64,000 nucleotides of DNA from Minisyncoccota bacterium (GTDB lineage: Bacteria > Patescibacteriota > Minisyncoccia > Phycocordibacterales > Phycocordibacteraceae). The stretch's first letter is position 1. The number at the start of each line of letters is the position of its first letter. The stretch lies in the NCBI GenBank assembly GCA_022841985.1, contig JALHQL010000006.1:16-64015 (forward strand). The letters are read 5' to 3'. Below the pieces are notes generated by a model, which saw nothing but the letters and a program-made list of their open reading frames with translations, was not told where the DNA came from and did no database searches. This document shows positions 10,195 to 18,062 of the stretch, in pieces. The position numbers were made by a program, and so were the translations under genes.

Positions 10195-10533
10195 TTATTT
10201 CGAAATTGGAGCTGCACCAAGAGTCAACTTCACTGAGCTCTTGCGGCGGCGGATAAGCGATGCACGCCCGAAAGCTCGCGGCATGTACTTTTTCAATATA
10301 CCGGCGCTTTCAACAACAATCGATTGCACTCTGAGTGTATTTATATCCTCACCCGATACTTTTGCATTGGCGATAGCGCTCTTGAGAAGTTTCATAATAG
10401 GTTCTGCAGCGCGCTTTGGGAGAAATTCAAGTGCGACAATCGCGTCTTGTACCTTCTTCCCTTTTACAAGATCAGTCACAAGGCGGACCTTGCGCGGTGT
10501 CTGGTTATGGCTCTTGAGGGTTGCGTATGCCAT
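10195..10533 (-). CDS. rplV: 50S ribosomal protein L22
   Basis: MAYATLKSHNQTPRKVRLVTDLVKGKKVQDAIVALEFLPKRAAEPI. Confidence 0.9.
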   Translation of the reverse strand: MAYATLKSHNQTPRKVRLVTDLVKGKKVQDAIVALEFLPKRAAEPIMKLLKSAIANAKVSGEDINTLRVQSIVVESAGILKKYMPRAFGRASLIRRRKSSVKLTLGAAPISK

Positions 10534-10536
10534 ATA

Positions 10537-10890
10537 TTATTTTTTTGCAGCGGGAGCTGCAGCAGCAGGGGCCTTTGCGGCCTTTGCAGAAGCAATCTCT
10601 GCTTCCTGTTTCTTTGCCTCAATCTCCTTCTGCATTTTGCCTCCGTGGCGAAGGAATTTCTTGGTTGGAGAGAATTCACCAAGGCGATGCCCGACCATGT
10701 CTTCAGACACGAGAACCGGGAGATGCTGTTTGCCATTGTGAACTCCCAAGGTAAAACCGATCATTTCGGGACTAATCTGGCTGCGGCGCGCCCACGTATT
10801 TATTACTCCGGAAGTAGCCGGTTTTGCATTCATGACCTTTTTCTGGAGTTTTACATCCACGAAGGGTCCTTTTTTGAGTGAGCGTGCCAT
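10537..10890 (-). CDS. rpsS: 30S ribosomal protein S19 with a Lys/Ala-rich C-terminal tail
   Basis: [19 protein letters not shown]...[13 protein letters not shown]. Start at 10890 (cat at 10888-10890). Confidence 0.9.
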   Translation of the reverse strand: MARSLKKGPFVDVKLQKKVMNAKPATSGVINTWARRSQISPEMIGFTLGVHNGKQHLPVLVSEDMVGHRLGEFSPTKKFLRHGGKMQKEIEAKKQEAEIASAKAAKAPAAAAPAAKK

Positions 10891-10924
10891 AAGCAATGAA
10901 AAGCCCGCTATGCGGGATAGATGA

Positions 10925-10953
10925 AAGATACAGGAAGCCGTCGATAGAGTCAA
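10925..10953 (-). promoter_or_regulatory. candidate sigma70-type promoter for the rpsS-to-secY unit, with a small leader hairpin before the start codon
   Basis: Minus strand reads TTGACT-17 nt-TATCTT (plus-strand 'agtcaa' at 10948-10953, 'aagata' at 10925-10930). Leader hairpin cccgc-tat-gcggg at about 10903-10915. Confidence 0.35.
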
Positions 10954-11035
10954 CTGTATCGCTCCAAAACACCCTCATAAATCCTAATCCGTTTCAGAAC
11001 GTTGACAAATGAGTGAAATAAAGTACTAAAATATT

Positions 11036-11069
11036 AAGGCCGTCCCATGAGGTCCGGCCTTACTTTTTT
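11036..11069. terminator. GC hairpin with flanking A/T tracts. A bidirectional terminator-like element inside the rplB-rpsS gap.
   Basis: aaggccgtcccatgaggtccggcctt followed by acttttttgg. Confidence 0.4.
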
Positions 11070-11164
11070 GGGGTTAGTGGACCGAAACTGCTATTCAACA
11101 GTCACACCGCATAATTGTGACAGCATAATCAGCTGCCGTCAGACGCTCCGATCGGACAATCGCC

Positions 11165-11254
11165 TCACTCAATGACTTGAGGCGCCTCTCCCATCTGAAA
11201 AGAGCTTTTTTTAATCCTCTCTTCAGAAACAGGCTTTCCCTTAGAATCTTTCAT
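11165..11254 (-). CDS. candidate 29-aa small ORF (MKDSKGKPVSEERIKKSSFQMGEAPQVIE) with a strong Shine-Dalgarno
   Basis: Minus strand reads GGAGG-7 nt-ATG (cat at 11252-11254) and a TGA stop at 11165-11167. Too short for the ORF track. No homology inferable. Confidence 0.25.
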   Translation of the reverse strand: MKDSKGKPVSEERIKKSSFQMGEAPQVIE

Positions 11255-11317
11255 CGGCAGGCCTCCTTTTATTTGGTTATGCTACCAAAAGTTCTGTATC
11301 TGTAGCGGATTATACAC

Positions 11318-11349
11318 GAAAGCCCCCGCACGGATGTGCGGGGGCTTTC
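11318..11349. terminator. perfect 13-bp GC-rich hairpin immediately 3' of rplB
   Basis: gaaagcccccgcacggatgtgcgggggctttc, 13 nt after the rplB stop at 11362. No clear U-tract, so it may be an RNA-processing or attenuator structure. Confidence 0.4.
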
Positions 11350-11361
11350 GTGATTCTGAAA

Positions 11362-12210
11362 TTAGTCCTTTCGTCTCTTTCCGACTTTGCGACGAGAAAT
11401 AATGAAAGGGTTTGAATACTTTTTCGGCGTGCGAGTCTTCTGACCCTTGCCGGTCGGCTTGCCCCACTTACTCTTCGCACGGCGAAGACCGCGACCCTGC
11501 TTGCCTTCACCGCCTCCGTGAGGATGATCAACCGGGTTCATTGCAGTACCGCGAACCGTCGGGCGAATACCCATCCAGCGACTACGGCCAGCCTTACCGA
11601 TGACGACGAGATTTGACTCTTCGTTACCGACAGTACCAATGGAAGCCCAGGCGAGATCAGAAACTTTGCGTATTTCAGTTGAAGGGAGCTTCACCTGTGC
11701 GTAGCCCGCGTCATGAGCGACGACTTCTGCGAAGTTGCCTGCGGAACGAACGAGAACAGCCCCAGCACCCGGAGAAAGCTCTATGTTGTAGATAAAAGTA
11801 CCGACAGGGATTGCACCGATAGGAAGACGATTGGCGGGCGTAAGTGGTGCATCGTGAGCGACGATAAATGAATCGCCGACCTTAACTCCCTTCGGGAGAA
11901 TGACGTAACGACGTTCGCCATCGCGGTAGAGTGCGAGGCCGATGAAGGCCGTACGGAAAGGATCATATTCCACAGTCTCAATCTTTGCTGGAATGTTCTT
12001 TTTGTCGTACTTAAAATCCACAGCACGGAGACGACGCTTGTGTCCGCCACCCTGATGACGTGTCGTGATACGACCAAAGGCATTTCTGCCGCCCTGACTA
12101 CCCTTCTTATTCAAGAGCGGCTTGTGCGGCGCATGACCAGAAAGCAACTCCTTGAATGGAAGCGTGCTCATGAAACGGCGACTCTTGGATGTAGGCTTGT
12201 ACGTTTTCAT
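11362..12210 (-). CDS. rplB: 50S ribosomal protein L2
   Basis: GGGHKRRLRAVDFKY...NPVDHPHGGGEGK is diagnostic for L2. Confidence 0.95.
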   Translation of the reverse strand: MKTYKPTSKSRRFMSTLPFKELLSGHAPHKPLLNKKGSQGGRNAFGRITTRHQGGGHKRRLRAVDFKYDKKNIPAKIETVEYDPFRTAFIGLALYRDGERRYVILPKGVKVGDSFIVAHDAPLTPANRLPIGAIPVGTFIYNIELSPGAGAVLVRSAGNFAEVVAHDAGYAQVKLPSTEIRKVSDLAWASIGTVGNEESNLVVIGKAGRSRWMGIRPTVRGTAMNPVDHPHGGGEGKQGRGLRRAKSKWGKPTGKGQKTRTPKKYSNPFIISRRKVGKRRKD

Positions 12211-12219
12211 ACGGGATAA

Positions 12220-12585
12220 TTAAGCAAATTGAATGCTATCACCAGCGTTTAGATACACATAGGCCTTACGACGTGAGGATCGGTGACCAGTGCCACGCTT
12301 TGTGCGCATTGCCTTAGGCTTTCCTTTCACCGTCACAGTACGTATCTTGCGAGGCTCAACTTTATAAATCTCTTTTATCGCACCTGCGATATCGGCCTTC
12401 GTCGCGCGCAGAGATACTTCAAACGCATACACACTTTTCTCGGTTGCAATGAGAGCCTTCTCGGAGAACCAGGGAGCCCGAATAATCTCATTTTCAATAC
12501 CGTGCGTCGGCGCGATAGTACGCGCGCGATGACGAGGCGCATTCATCTCCTTTTTTTCTTTCTTTTTGTTGCCGAAAATTGCCAT
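12220..12585 (-). CDS. rplW: 50S ribosomal protein L23
   Basis: IIRAPWFSEKALIATEKSVYAFEVSLRATKADIAGAIKEIYKVEPRKIRTVTVKGK. Confidence 0.9.
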   Translation of the reverse strand: MAIFGNKKKEKKEMNAPRHRARTIAPTHGIENEIIRAPWFSEKALIATEKSVYAFEVSLRATKADIAGAIKEIYKVEPRKIRTVTVKGKPKAMRTKRGTGHRSSRRKAYVYLNAGDSIQFA

Positions 12586-12591
12586 GATAAT

Positions 12592-13311
12592 TTATTTAGA
12601 TTTCGCGCGTGCCAGAAGCATCTTGAACGCCGCTTCTGGATTCTCTATGATCAGATACTTGCGCGAAAGTACGTCAACAGGATTGATGTTGCGCATCTCT
12701 TCCGTCATGATATTTCCAAAATTTTTGAAACTCTTTATTGTTGCTGCATTGTATGCAGAAAGAGCGACAAGTGCCGTGTTGTTTTTCTTCGTCGTGAGGG
12801 TCGCGACATCTGCATTCTTCGCAAGAGCCGCAAGAGCGATTTTTGCCGTCGCAGTTTTTGGGGCTGCGAAGATAAATTTATCGACAAAGATTATCTCCCC
12901 TTCCTTTGCTTTCTTCGAAAGCACTGAGAGTAGGGCACCGATGCGCATCTTGCGATTGATCTTCTCGCTGTAATCACGTTCCGGACGTGGACCGAAAGTA
13001 ATACCGCCATGACGCCAGATTGGGGAGCGACTCGAGCTGTGACGCGCCTGACCAGTACCCTTCTGCTTCCATGGCTTTTTGCCACCGCCCGATACTTCGG
13101 CGCGATCTTTCGTGCTGGCGCGATTCTGACGAGCATTTGCCTGCATCGCAGTCGTTACCTGATGCACAAGGTCGCTTCGCCACGGAGCACCAAAAAGACT
13201 CTCAGGAAGAGTAACTGCCCCAACCTTCTTCCCTTCCATAGAGAAGACCGGTGCTTCAATCGCTGTGTATGCGATCTTTTTCGTCTTTGTGATTTTTTTT
13301 GCGGTAGCCAT
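12592..13311 (-). CDS. rplD: 50S ribosomal protein L4
   Basis: RQNRASTKDRAEVSGGGKKPWKQKGTGQARHSSSRSPIWRHGGITFGP. Confidence 0.9.
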   Translation of the reverse strand: MATAKKITKTKKIAYTAIEAPVFSMEGKKVGAVTLPESLFGAPWRSDLVHQVTTAMQANARQNRASTKDRAEVSGGGKKPWKQKGTGQARHSSSRSPIWRHGGITFGPRPERDYSEKINRKMRIGALLSVLSKKAKEGEIIFVDKFIFAAPKTATAKIALAALAKNADVATLTTKKNNTALVALSAYNAATIKSFKNFGNIMTEEMRNINPVDVLSRKYLIIENPEAAFKMLLARAKSK

Positions 13312-13321
13312 GGTATGTAAA

Positions 13322-13936
13322 TTATGCGGAGACTACTTCAAGAAGAGTGCCGCGGCGTCCTGGCACAGCACCCGAAACGATAATCCTGCCTGCAGCCACA
13401 TCGACCACAAGTACCTTTAGGTTCGTTACAGTCACGCGATCAGTACCCGTACGGCCGGCCATGCGCATACCTTTGGCGACACGACCTCCTGCACGACCTC
13501 CACTACCACCGATAGATCCCGGGGAGCGCTCCGTGTGCTTTTGACCGTGCGTACGTGGGCCGCCATGAAAGCCATGACGCTTCACGACACCAGCAAAGCC
13601 CTTACCCTTCGTAAGACCTGAGACCTGAACAGTGTCGCCAACCGCAAATACTGATGCGTCAATTGTAGCCCCGACCTCTGCCGCAGCATCAGTGCGGAAT
13701 TCACGAATGGCCTCGTAACCCTTCCCTTTCGTGTGCCCAAGGACCGGCTTGCTGATGTTCTTCGTTCTGCGGACACCTTGACCGACCTGCACAGCCGCAT
13801 AGCCGTCCTTACCAGCTGCAGTCTTTACTTGCGTTACCGTAACGGGATCAGCAGCAAGAATAGTTCCAGCACGCGCAACGCCGTCTTCCCCGAAGATACG
13901 GGTCATGCCTTCTTTTGTAGCGAGAATAAATTTCAT
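13322..13936 (-). CDS. rplC: 50S ribosomal protein L3
   Basis: MKFILATKEGMTRIFGEDG...GKGFAGVVKRHGFHGGPRTHGQ. Confidence 0.95.
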   Translation of the reverse strand: MKFILATKEGMTRIFGEDGVARAGTILAADPVTVTQVKTAAGKDGYAAVQVGQGVRRTKNISKPVLGHTKGKGYEAIREFRTDAAAEVGATIDASVFAVGDTVQVSGLTKGKGFAGVVKRHGFHGGPRTHGQKHTERSPGSIGGSGGRAGGRVAKGMRMAGRTGTDRVTVTNLKVLVVDVAAGRIIVSGAVPGRRGTLLEVVSA

Positions 13937-13943
13937 TTTTTAA

Positions 13944-13981
13944 AGCAAATCGCGCAACAGCAAAACGCATTGCGCGATTTG
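13944..13981. promoter_or_regulatory. 13-bp-stem hairpin in the 5' leader of rplC. Possible regulatory or attenuator structure.
   Basis: gcaaatcgcgcaa-cagcaaaacgca-ttgcgcgatttgc, 8 nt upstream of the rplC start. Confidence 0.3.
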
Positions 13982-14087
13982 CCATAGGTCCCGCATCGAG
14001 ACGTCCAAAGGGACGTCGGTCGAATCTGGTACGTAGCTTTAGCGGCACTCTACATGACTCAAGTAAAAAAAGCAAGAAAATGGATGC

Positions 14088-14126
14088 CAAAAAAAGAAAA
14101 AGGGCTGTCGCATATGCGACAGCCCT
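14088..14126 (-). terminator. rho-independent terminator of the lipoprotein gene
   Basis: agggctgtcgcatatgcgacagccct palindrome. On the minus strand it is followed by ttttctttttttgg. Confidence 0.65.
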
Positions 14127-14153
14127 TTGTTTCAATGTTAATCGAGCAAACAG

Positions 14154-15398
14154 CTAGAATCCGAGAGGACGGAAGACTACTGCTTTTACACTGCCCCACA
14201 AGTTACTCGGAACAGGGACTTCCCTTACCTCCGTTCCGTCTGGATTTACTGCCCACAATACATTGTTGTCAGAAAACAAGATCAAGTTACTGCCGTCGAG
14301 CGCCCAGTAGGGATCAGATCCCGGCCCGAGATCGACTTCCGCACCTCCTGCAAGTGGCTTTACGACAATGTGCGATTGGCCATTCACATTTTTCATGAAT
14401 GCCACATGTGTGTAGTCCGGATTGACCGACATCACACGCTCGCCTTCCCTCGCGTTATTTGCGAAAAGGGTTGGACCCCCTATAAGCGAAGGCTGGTTAT
14501 TTGGAGCGGCCGGATTGATAATCTGTTGCCATATGTCGTTGGTATCTACCTTAAAATACAGTACCGAGACATAGCCAGTCATTGGATCCCGCCCTCCAAA
14601 AACTGGCGAGTACTTACGAGAAGCGTCATCAGTAACACGCAACCAACGAAGTGACCCGTCCATTAGTACGGCGAAAATGTCAGTTCTATTAGGCTCGCCG
14701 GGGTAGGAACAGGGACTGGGAATAAGCGCAGCATCTCCGACACTCATACTGCCAATGTCGAAACTTCTCTCCATAGTCGCAGATGGACAATTTGGAGCCA
14801 GAATTGCACCAGCTGATACAGCAAGTGTCTGAACGAGAGTCGGCAGAGACAGCGACGAAATACCATCGATATTGAAGCCTGTGTACGCAATCCGCTGATC
14901 CGGACCTCGGAATGGAACAATGATAGTTGGCTGGATATTGAATCCGCCCCACACAACACTCTCCACTCCTGTCGACAGATCCATTGCGCATATGGCACTT
15001 GGACACGGATAGATGAGTTTGCCCGTTGCAAGCATAGGTATTCTAGTAACTGTTCCGGTAAAATTTATACCGGTTACATTCGAATTCGCCGCATTCACCG
15101 TTACCATCGTACTTACTGGAGCAAACTGGTACCCTCTGAGTGAGGGCACGACTGTGTAGTCGCCATAAGCGAGATTGGACAGAACGTAGTTCCCATTTAC
15201 ATCGGCCGTTGCATTCGCCGACGCTGGTCCACTTGCAGTGACTGCGGCACCGGCAATAGTTGTGCCAGAGATGCTATTCGTCGCGATTATCGGCGGAGGC
15301 GGACTTGATGGTGGTGAACCGCTCTCGCCACCGCTACACGCTGTAACGGCAAAAACCATCACAACAATGAACAGTCTTGCTGCTAGCTTACTACCCAT
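14154..15398 (-). CDS. secreted lipoprotein with a carboxypeptidase-regulatory-like (transthyretin-fold) domain and a probable beta-propeller. Inserted between rpsJ and rplC.
   Basis: Signal plus lipobox (MVFAVTACSGG), Pro-rich linker, and GNYVLSNLAYGDYTVVPSLRGYQF (CarbopepD_reg-like). It has its own promoter and terminator. Confidence 0.6.
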   Translation of the reverse strand: MGSKLAARLFIVVMVFAVTACSGGESGSPPSSPPPPIIATNSISGTTIAGAAVTASGPASANATADVNGNYVLSNLAYGDYTVVPSLRGYQFAPVSTMVTVNAANSNVTGINFTGTVTRIPMLATGKLIYPCPSAICAMDLSTGVESVVWGGFNIQPTIIVPFRGPDQRIAYTGFNIDGISSLSLPTLVQTLAVSAGAILAPNCPSATMERSFDIGSMSVGDAALIPSPCSYPGEPNRTDIFAVLMDGSLRWLRVTDDASRKYSPVFGGRDPMTGYVSVLYFKVDTNDIWQQIINPAAPNNQPSLIGGPTLFANNAREGERVMSVNPDYTHVAFMKNVNGQSHIVVKPLAGGAEVDLGPGSDPYWALDGSNLILFSDNNVLWAVNPDGTEVREVPVPSNLWGSVKAVVFRPLGF

Positions 15399-15441
15399 AG
15401 CCTACCTCCCTGGTTTGGTTTTGATTGACTACCGAAAGTGA

Positions 15442-15496
15442 TTGACAAACATCTAAATCTGCTTCTTATAATATATCTCTAAAATAGACTTGTCAA
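15442..15496. promoter_or_regulatory. divergent near-consensus sigma70 promoters sharing a palindromic TATAATATA -10 element. The minus-strand one drives the lipoprotein gene.
   Basis: Minus strand: TTGACA (revcomp of 15491-15496)-17 nt-TATTAT (revcomp of 15468-15473). Plus strand: TTGACA (15442-15447)-19 nt-TATAAT (15467-15472). Confidence 0.45.
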
Positions 15497-15532
15497 CTTC
15501 TGTTGGTACGTACCCAAAAAATATGCCACTAA

Positions 15533-15572
15533 AGAAAAAACCGCCTGCGATGTAACGGCAGGCGGTTTTATC
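15533..15572. terminator. bidirectional rho-independent terminator
   Basis: aaaaaaccgcctgcgatgtaacggcaggcggtttta, with A-tract and T-tract flanks. Confidence 0.6.
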
Positions 15573-15607
15573 GGGGCATCCAGTAGTGATTCGCGGGGGA
15601 AACGCTA

Positions 15608-16015
15608 TCAACTAGAAGCGCCGACGTGGATTTCTCCTTTGGCAAATACAGGGAAAATCATATCCCAAGTGTCAGGAACATTCAATAGTGGTTTTCCCCT
15701 CTGTCGCATTCGCTTTTCGAGGTATTCGGGGAGTAATACTTCAACAAGGTTCGGGACGAGATCACCCCACGTAAGAGATCTGCCGTCAGGAGGGGTGACA
15801 TTTAGTTTTTTACATTGTTCCTCTGTGCAGACTTCGTCCGCAGCGAGAATCAGCACCAATGTTTGCTTGTCTTTCCCGCATTCCACCACAATAACGAGTG
15901 GAATGTGTTCTACATCACCTGCAGCCGGAAGAAGTGTCTTAAGTATCTCCTTCCAATCATCCGGGGGAGAATTTTTTCTTAGAAACCTCTCGATGTTTTC
16001 TCGTAACGTCGACAT
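15608..16015 (-). CDS. hypothetical protein (135 aa) inserted after rpsJ
   Basis: Start at 16015 (cat at 16013-16015) is preceded by a perfect AAGGAGG Shine-Dalgarno. The longer listed ORF would overlap rpsJ. No recognisable motifs. Confidence 0.5.
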   Translation of the reverse strand: MSTLRENIERFLRKNSPPDDWKEILKTLLPAAGDVEHIPLVIVVECGKDKQTLVLILAADEVCTEEQCKKLNVTPPDGRSLTWGDLVPNLVEVLLPEYLEKRMRQRGKPLLNVPDTWDMIFPVFAKGEIHVGASS

Positions 16016-16109
16016 GTCGAACCTCCTTGCTGTTGAAAATGTTTGTACAAGTCTATGGAGAATTCTAGCATTTCTGCCTTGCAAAATCGAGCCCGTATGG
16101 TGAATATCT

Positions 16110-16147
16110 AAAACACGAAACCCCGCGTGTGCGGGGTTTCGTGTTTT
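16110..16147. terminator. perfect hairpin terminator between rpsJ and the downstream hypothetical gene
   Basis: aaaacacgaaaccccgcgtgtgcggggtttcgtgtttt, U-rich on both strands. Confidence 0.6.
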
Positions 16148-16163
16148 AGAGTTTTGGAACTCT

Positions 16164-16583
16164 TTAGACCATCTTGACGTCAATCGTCACACCGGAAGGA
16201 AGATTGAGGTTCGTGAGGGCCTCAATAACCTTTGGTGAGGGATTTAGAATATCGATGAGGCGTTTGTGGATGCGCATTTCGAACTGCTCTCGCGCATCTT
16301 TGTAGACGAAAGTTGAGCGGTTCACTGTCCAGCGCTTGATCTCAGTTGGAAGCGGAACAGGACCGACGATTGTCGCGTCAAAACGCGCCGCGGTGTCCAT
16401 AATCTGCTTCACCGAAAGATCGAGAATCTTATGCTCATAGGCGCGGATACGAATACGGAGCTTGTGCTCTACTGGGGCAACTGCGGCTGCCTTCTTGGGG
16501 GCACGCTTCGAAGCGCTTTTCCCGCTAGAGACGATTGTATCCTTAGCAGATGCTTTTGGTTTCGTTATCGCTGCTGTTGCCAT
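16164..16583 (-). CDS. rpsJ: 30S ribosomal protein S10 with a Lys/Ala-rich N-terminal extension
   Basis: HKLRIRIRAYEHKILDLSVKQIMDTAARFDATIVGPVPLPTEIKRWTVNRSTFVYKDAREQFEMRIHKRLIDI. Confidence 0.9.
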   Translation of the reverse strand: MATAAITKPKASAKDTIVSSGKSASKRAPKKAAAVAPVEHKLRIRIRAYEHKILDLSVKQIMDTAARFDATIVGPVPLPTEIKRWTVNRSTFVYKDAREQFEMRIHKRLIDILNPSPKVIEALTNLNLPSGVTIDVKMV

Positions 16584-16607
16584 ATGAGTATCAGTTAGAA
16601 GTCAAGC

Positions 16608-17807
16608 TTACGCCGTAATTTTGGTTACGACACCTGCGCCGACTGTCTTGCCGCCTTCGCGAATAGCGAAGCGCTGCTGTTCCTCAAGTGCAACCGGGGC
16701 GACGAGCTTCACTTTGAAAGTCACCGTATCCCCTGGCATAACCATTTCCTTACCCTCAGCGAGCGTTACTTCTCCCGTTACGTCCGTCGTGCGGATGTAG
16801 AACTGTGGCTTGTAACCGGAGAAGAACGGCGTATGACGACCTCCTTCGTCCTTCGAGAGAATGTAGACCTCGGCGTTAAAGTCAGTGTGCGGAGTAACTG
16901 AGCCGCTCTTGGCGAGGACCTGTCCGCGATGCACGTCTTCCTTCTTCGTACCACGAAGCAAGATGCCCGCATTGTCGCCCGCCATACCCTCAGTGAGTTG
17001 CTTGTTAAACATTTCAATGCCGGTAACGGTCGTTTTTGCCGTTGTCTTAATACCGACGATTTCGACTTCCTCTCCAACTTTCACGACACCGCGCTCAATA
17101 CGGCCGGTGACAACGGTGCCACGACCTTCGATCGAGAAGATGTCTTCAATCGGCATGAGGAACGGTTTGCTGACCTCGCGCTCTGGCTGGTCGAAGTAGG
17201 TGTCCATCGTATCGACAAGACTCTTGACCTTCTGTGCCCATTCGTCGGTGGCTGCCTTTGACTCAAGCGCCTTGAGACCCGAGCCGCGGATAATCGGAGT
17301 ATTTGCGCCATCGTAACCTTGCTTCGTAAGAAGCTCACGAATTTCCTCTTCGACAAGGTCGATAAGGTCAGCTTCAGCTACCATGTCTACCTTGTTGAGG
17401 AAGATAATAAGTTTCTTGAGACCGACTTGTTTCGCAAGAAGTATGTGCTCACGAGTCTGTGGCATAACGCCGTCAGTCGCAGCAACCACGAGGACTGCTC
17501 CGTCCATTTGAGCGGCACCGGTGATCATGTTCTTGATGTAGTCAGCGTGTCCTGGCGCATCAATGTGCGCATAGTGACGCTTCGGTGACTCGTACTCAGA
17601 GTGGTGGAGCGCAATAGTAATACCGCGTGCCTTCTCTTCTGGAGCACTGTCAATTTTATCAACACCCTCAACGCGGGCGCTGTAACCCTCTCCCGTCAAC
17701 ATTGAGAGGACGTGCAGGATACCTGCGGTGAGAGTTGTCTTTCCATGGTCCACGTGACCGATGGTGCCGACGTTCAAGTGCGGCTTGCTGCGATTAAATT
17801 CTGCCAT
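16608..17807 (-). CDS. tuf: elongation factor Tu
   Basis: [26 protein letters not shown]-motifs. 399 aa. Confidence 0.97.
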   Translation of the reverse strand: MAEFNRSKPHLNVGTIGHVDHGKTTLTAGILHVLSMLTGEGYSARVEGVDKIDSAPEEKARGITIALHHSEYESPKRHYAHIDAPGHADYIKNMITGAAQMDGAVLVVAATDGVMPQTREHILLAKQVGLKKLIIFLNKVDMVAEADLIDLVEEEIRELLTKQGYDGANTPIIRGSGLKALESKAATDEWAQKVKSLVDTMDTYFDQPEREVSKPFLMPIEDIFSIEGRGTVVTGRIERGVVKVGEEVEIVGIKTTAKTTVTGIEMFNKQLTEGMAGDNAGILLRGTKKEDVHRGQVLAKSGSVTPHTDFNAEVYILSKDEGGRHTPFFSGYKPQFYIRTTDVTGEVTLAEGKEMVMPGDTVTFKVKLVAPVALEEQQRFAIREGGKTVGAGVVTKITA

Positions 17808-18062
17808 ACGGATAAATTAATTAATAAGAAGTTAAAACTTCTTGCTGACTTCGCTCGCTCGGAAAAGAAATGTGGACATTTCTTTTCACTCACTCGCTTG
17901 TCAGTAAGTCACGAATTAATCCGACGTGAGTCGGAACAAACTCTATAGCTTGCCGACTCACAAAAGCAGACAAGCGAAAGAGCGACGCCAAGATGCGTTA
18001 AAAGCACTATACGAGAAGCCTCAAGGGAATGCAAGACAGCCTATGGACAAAAAAGAAATAAA

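Noticed and set aside
11002-11069. Plus-strand TTGACA...TAAAAT promoter-like sequence running straight into the 11036-11069 hairpin.
   Set aside because: The spacer is 19 nt, and the predicted transcript would terminate within about 30 nt. It is more simply the minus-strand terminator and spacer. It was kept only as a hairpin feature.
8070-13320. Long plus-strand ORFs antisense to ribosomal protein genes, for example 8070..8597, 10324..10881, 12283..12927, 13009..13320.
   Set aside because: The minus-strand frames encode unmistakable ribosomal proteins in conserved order. The antisense ORFs lack start context and have biased composition.
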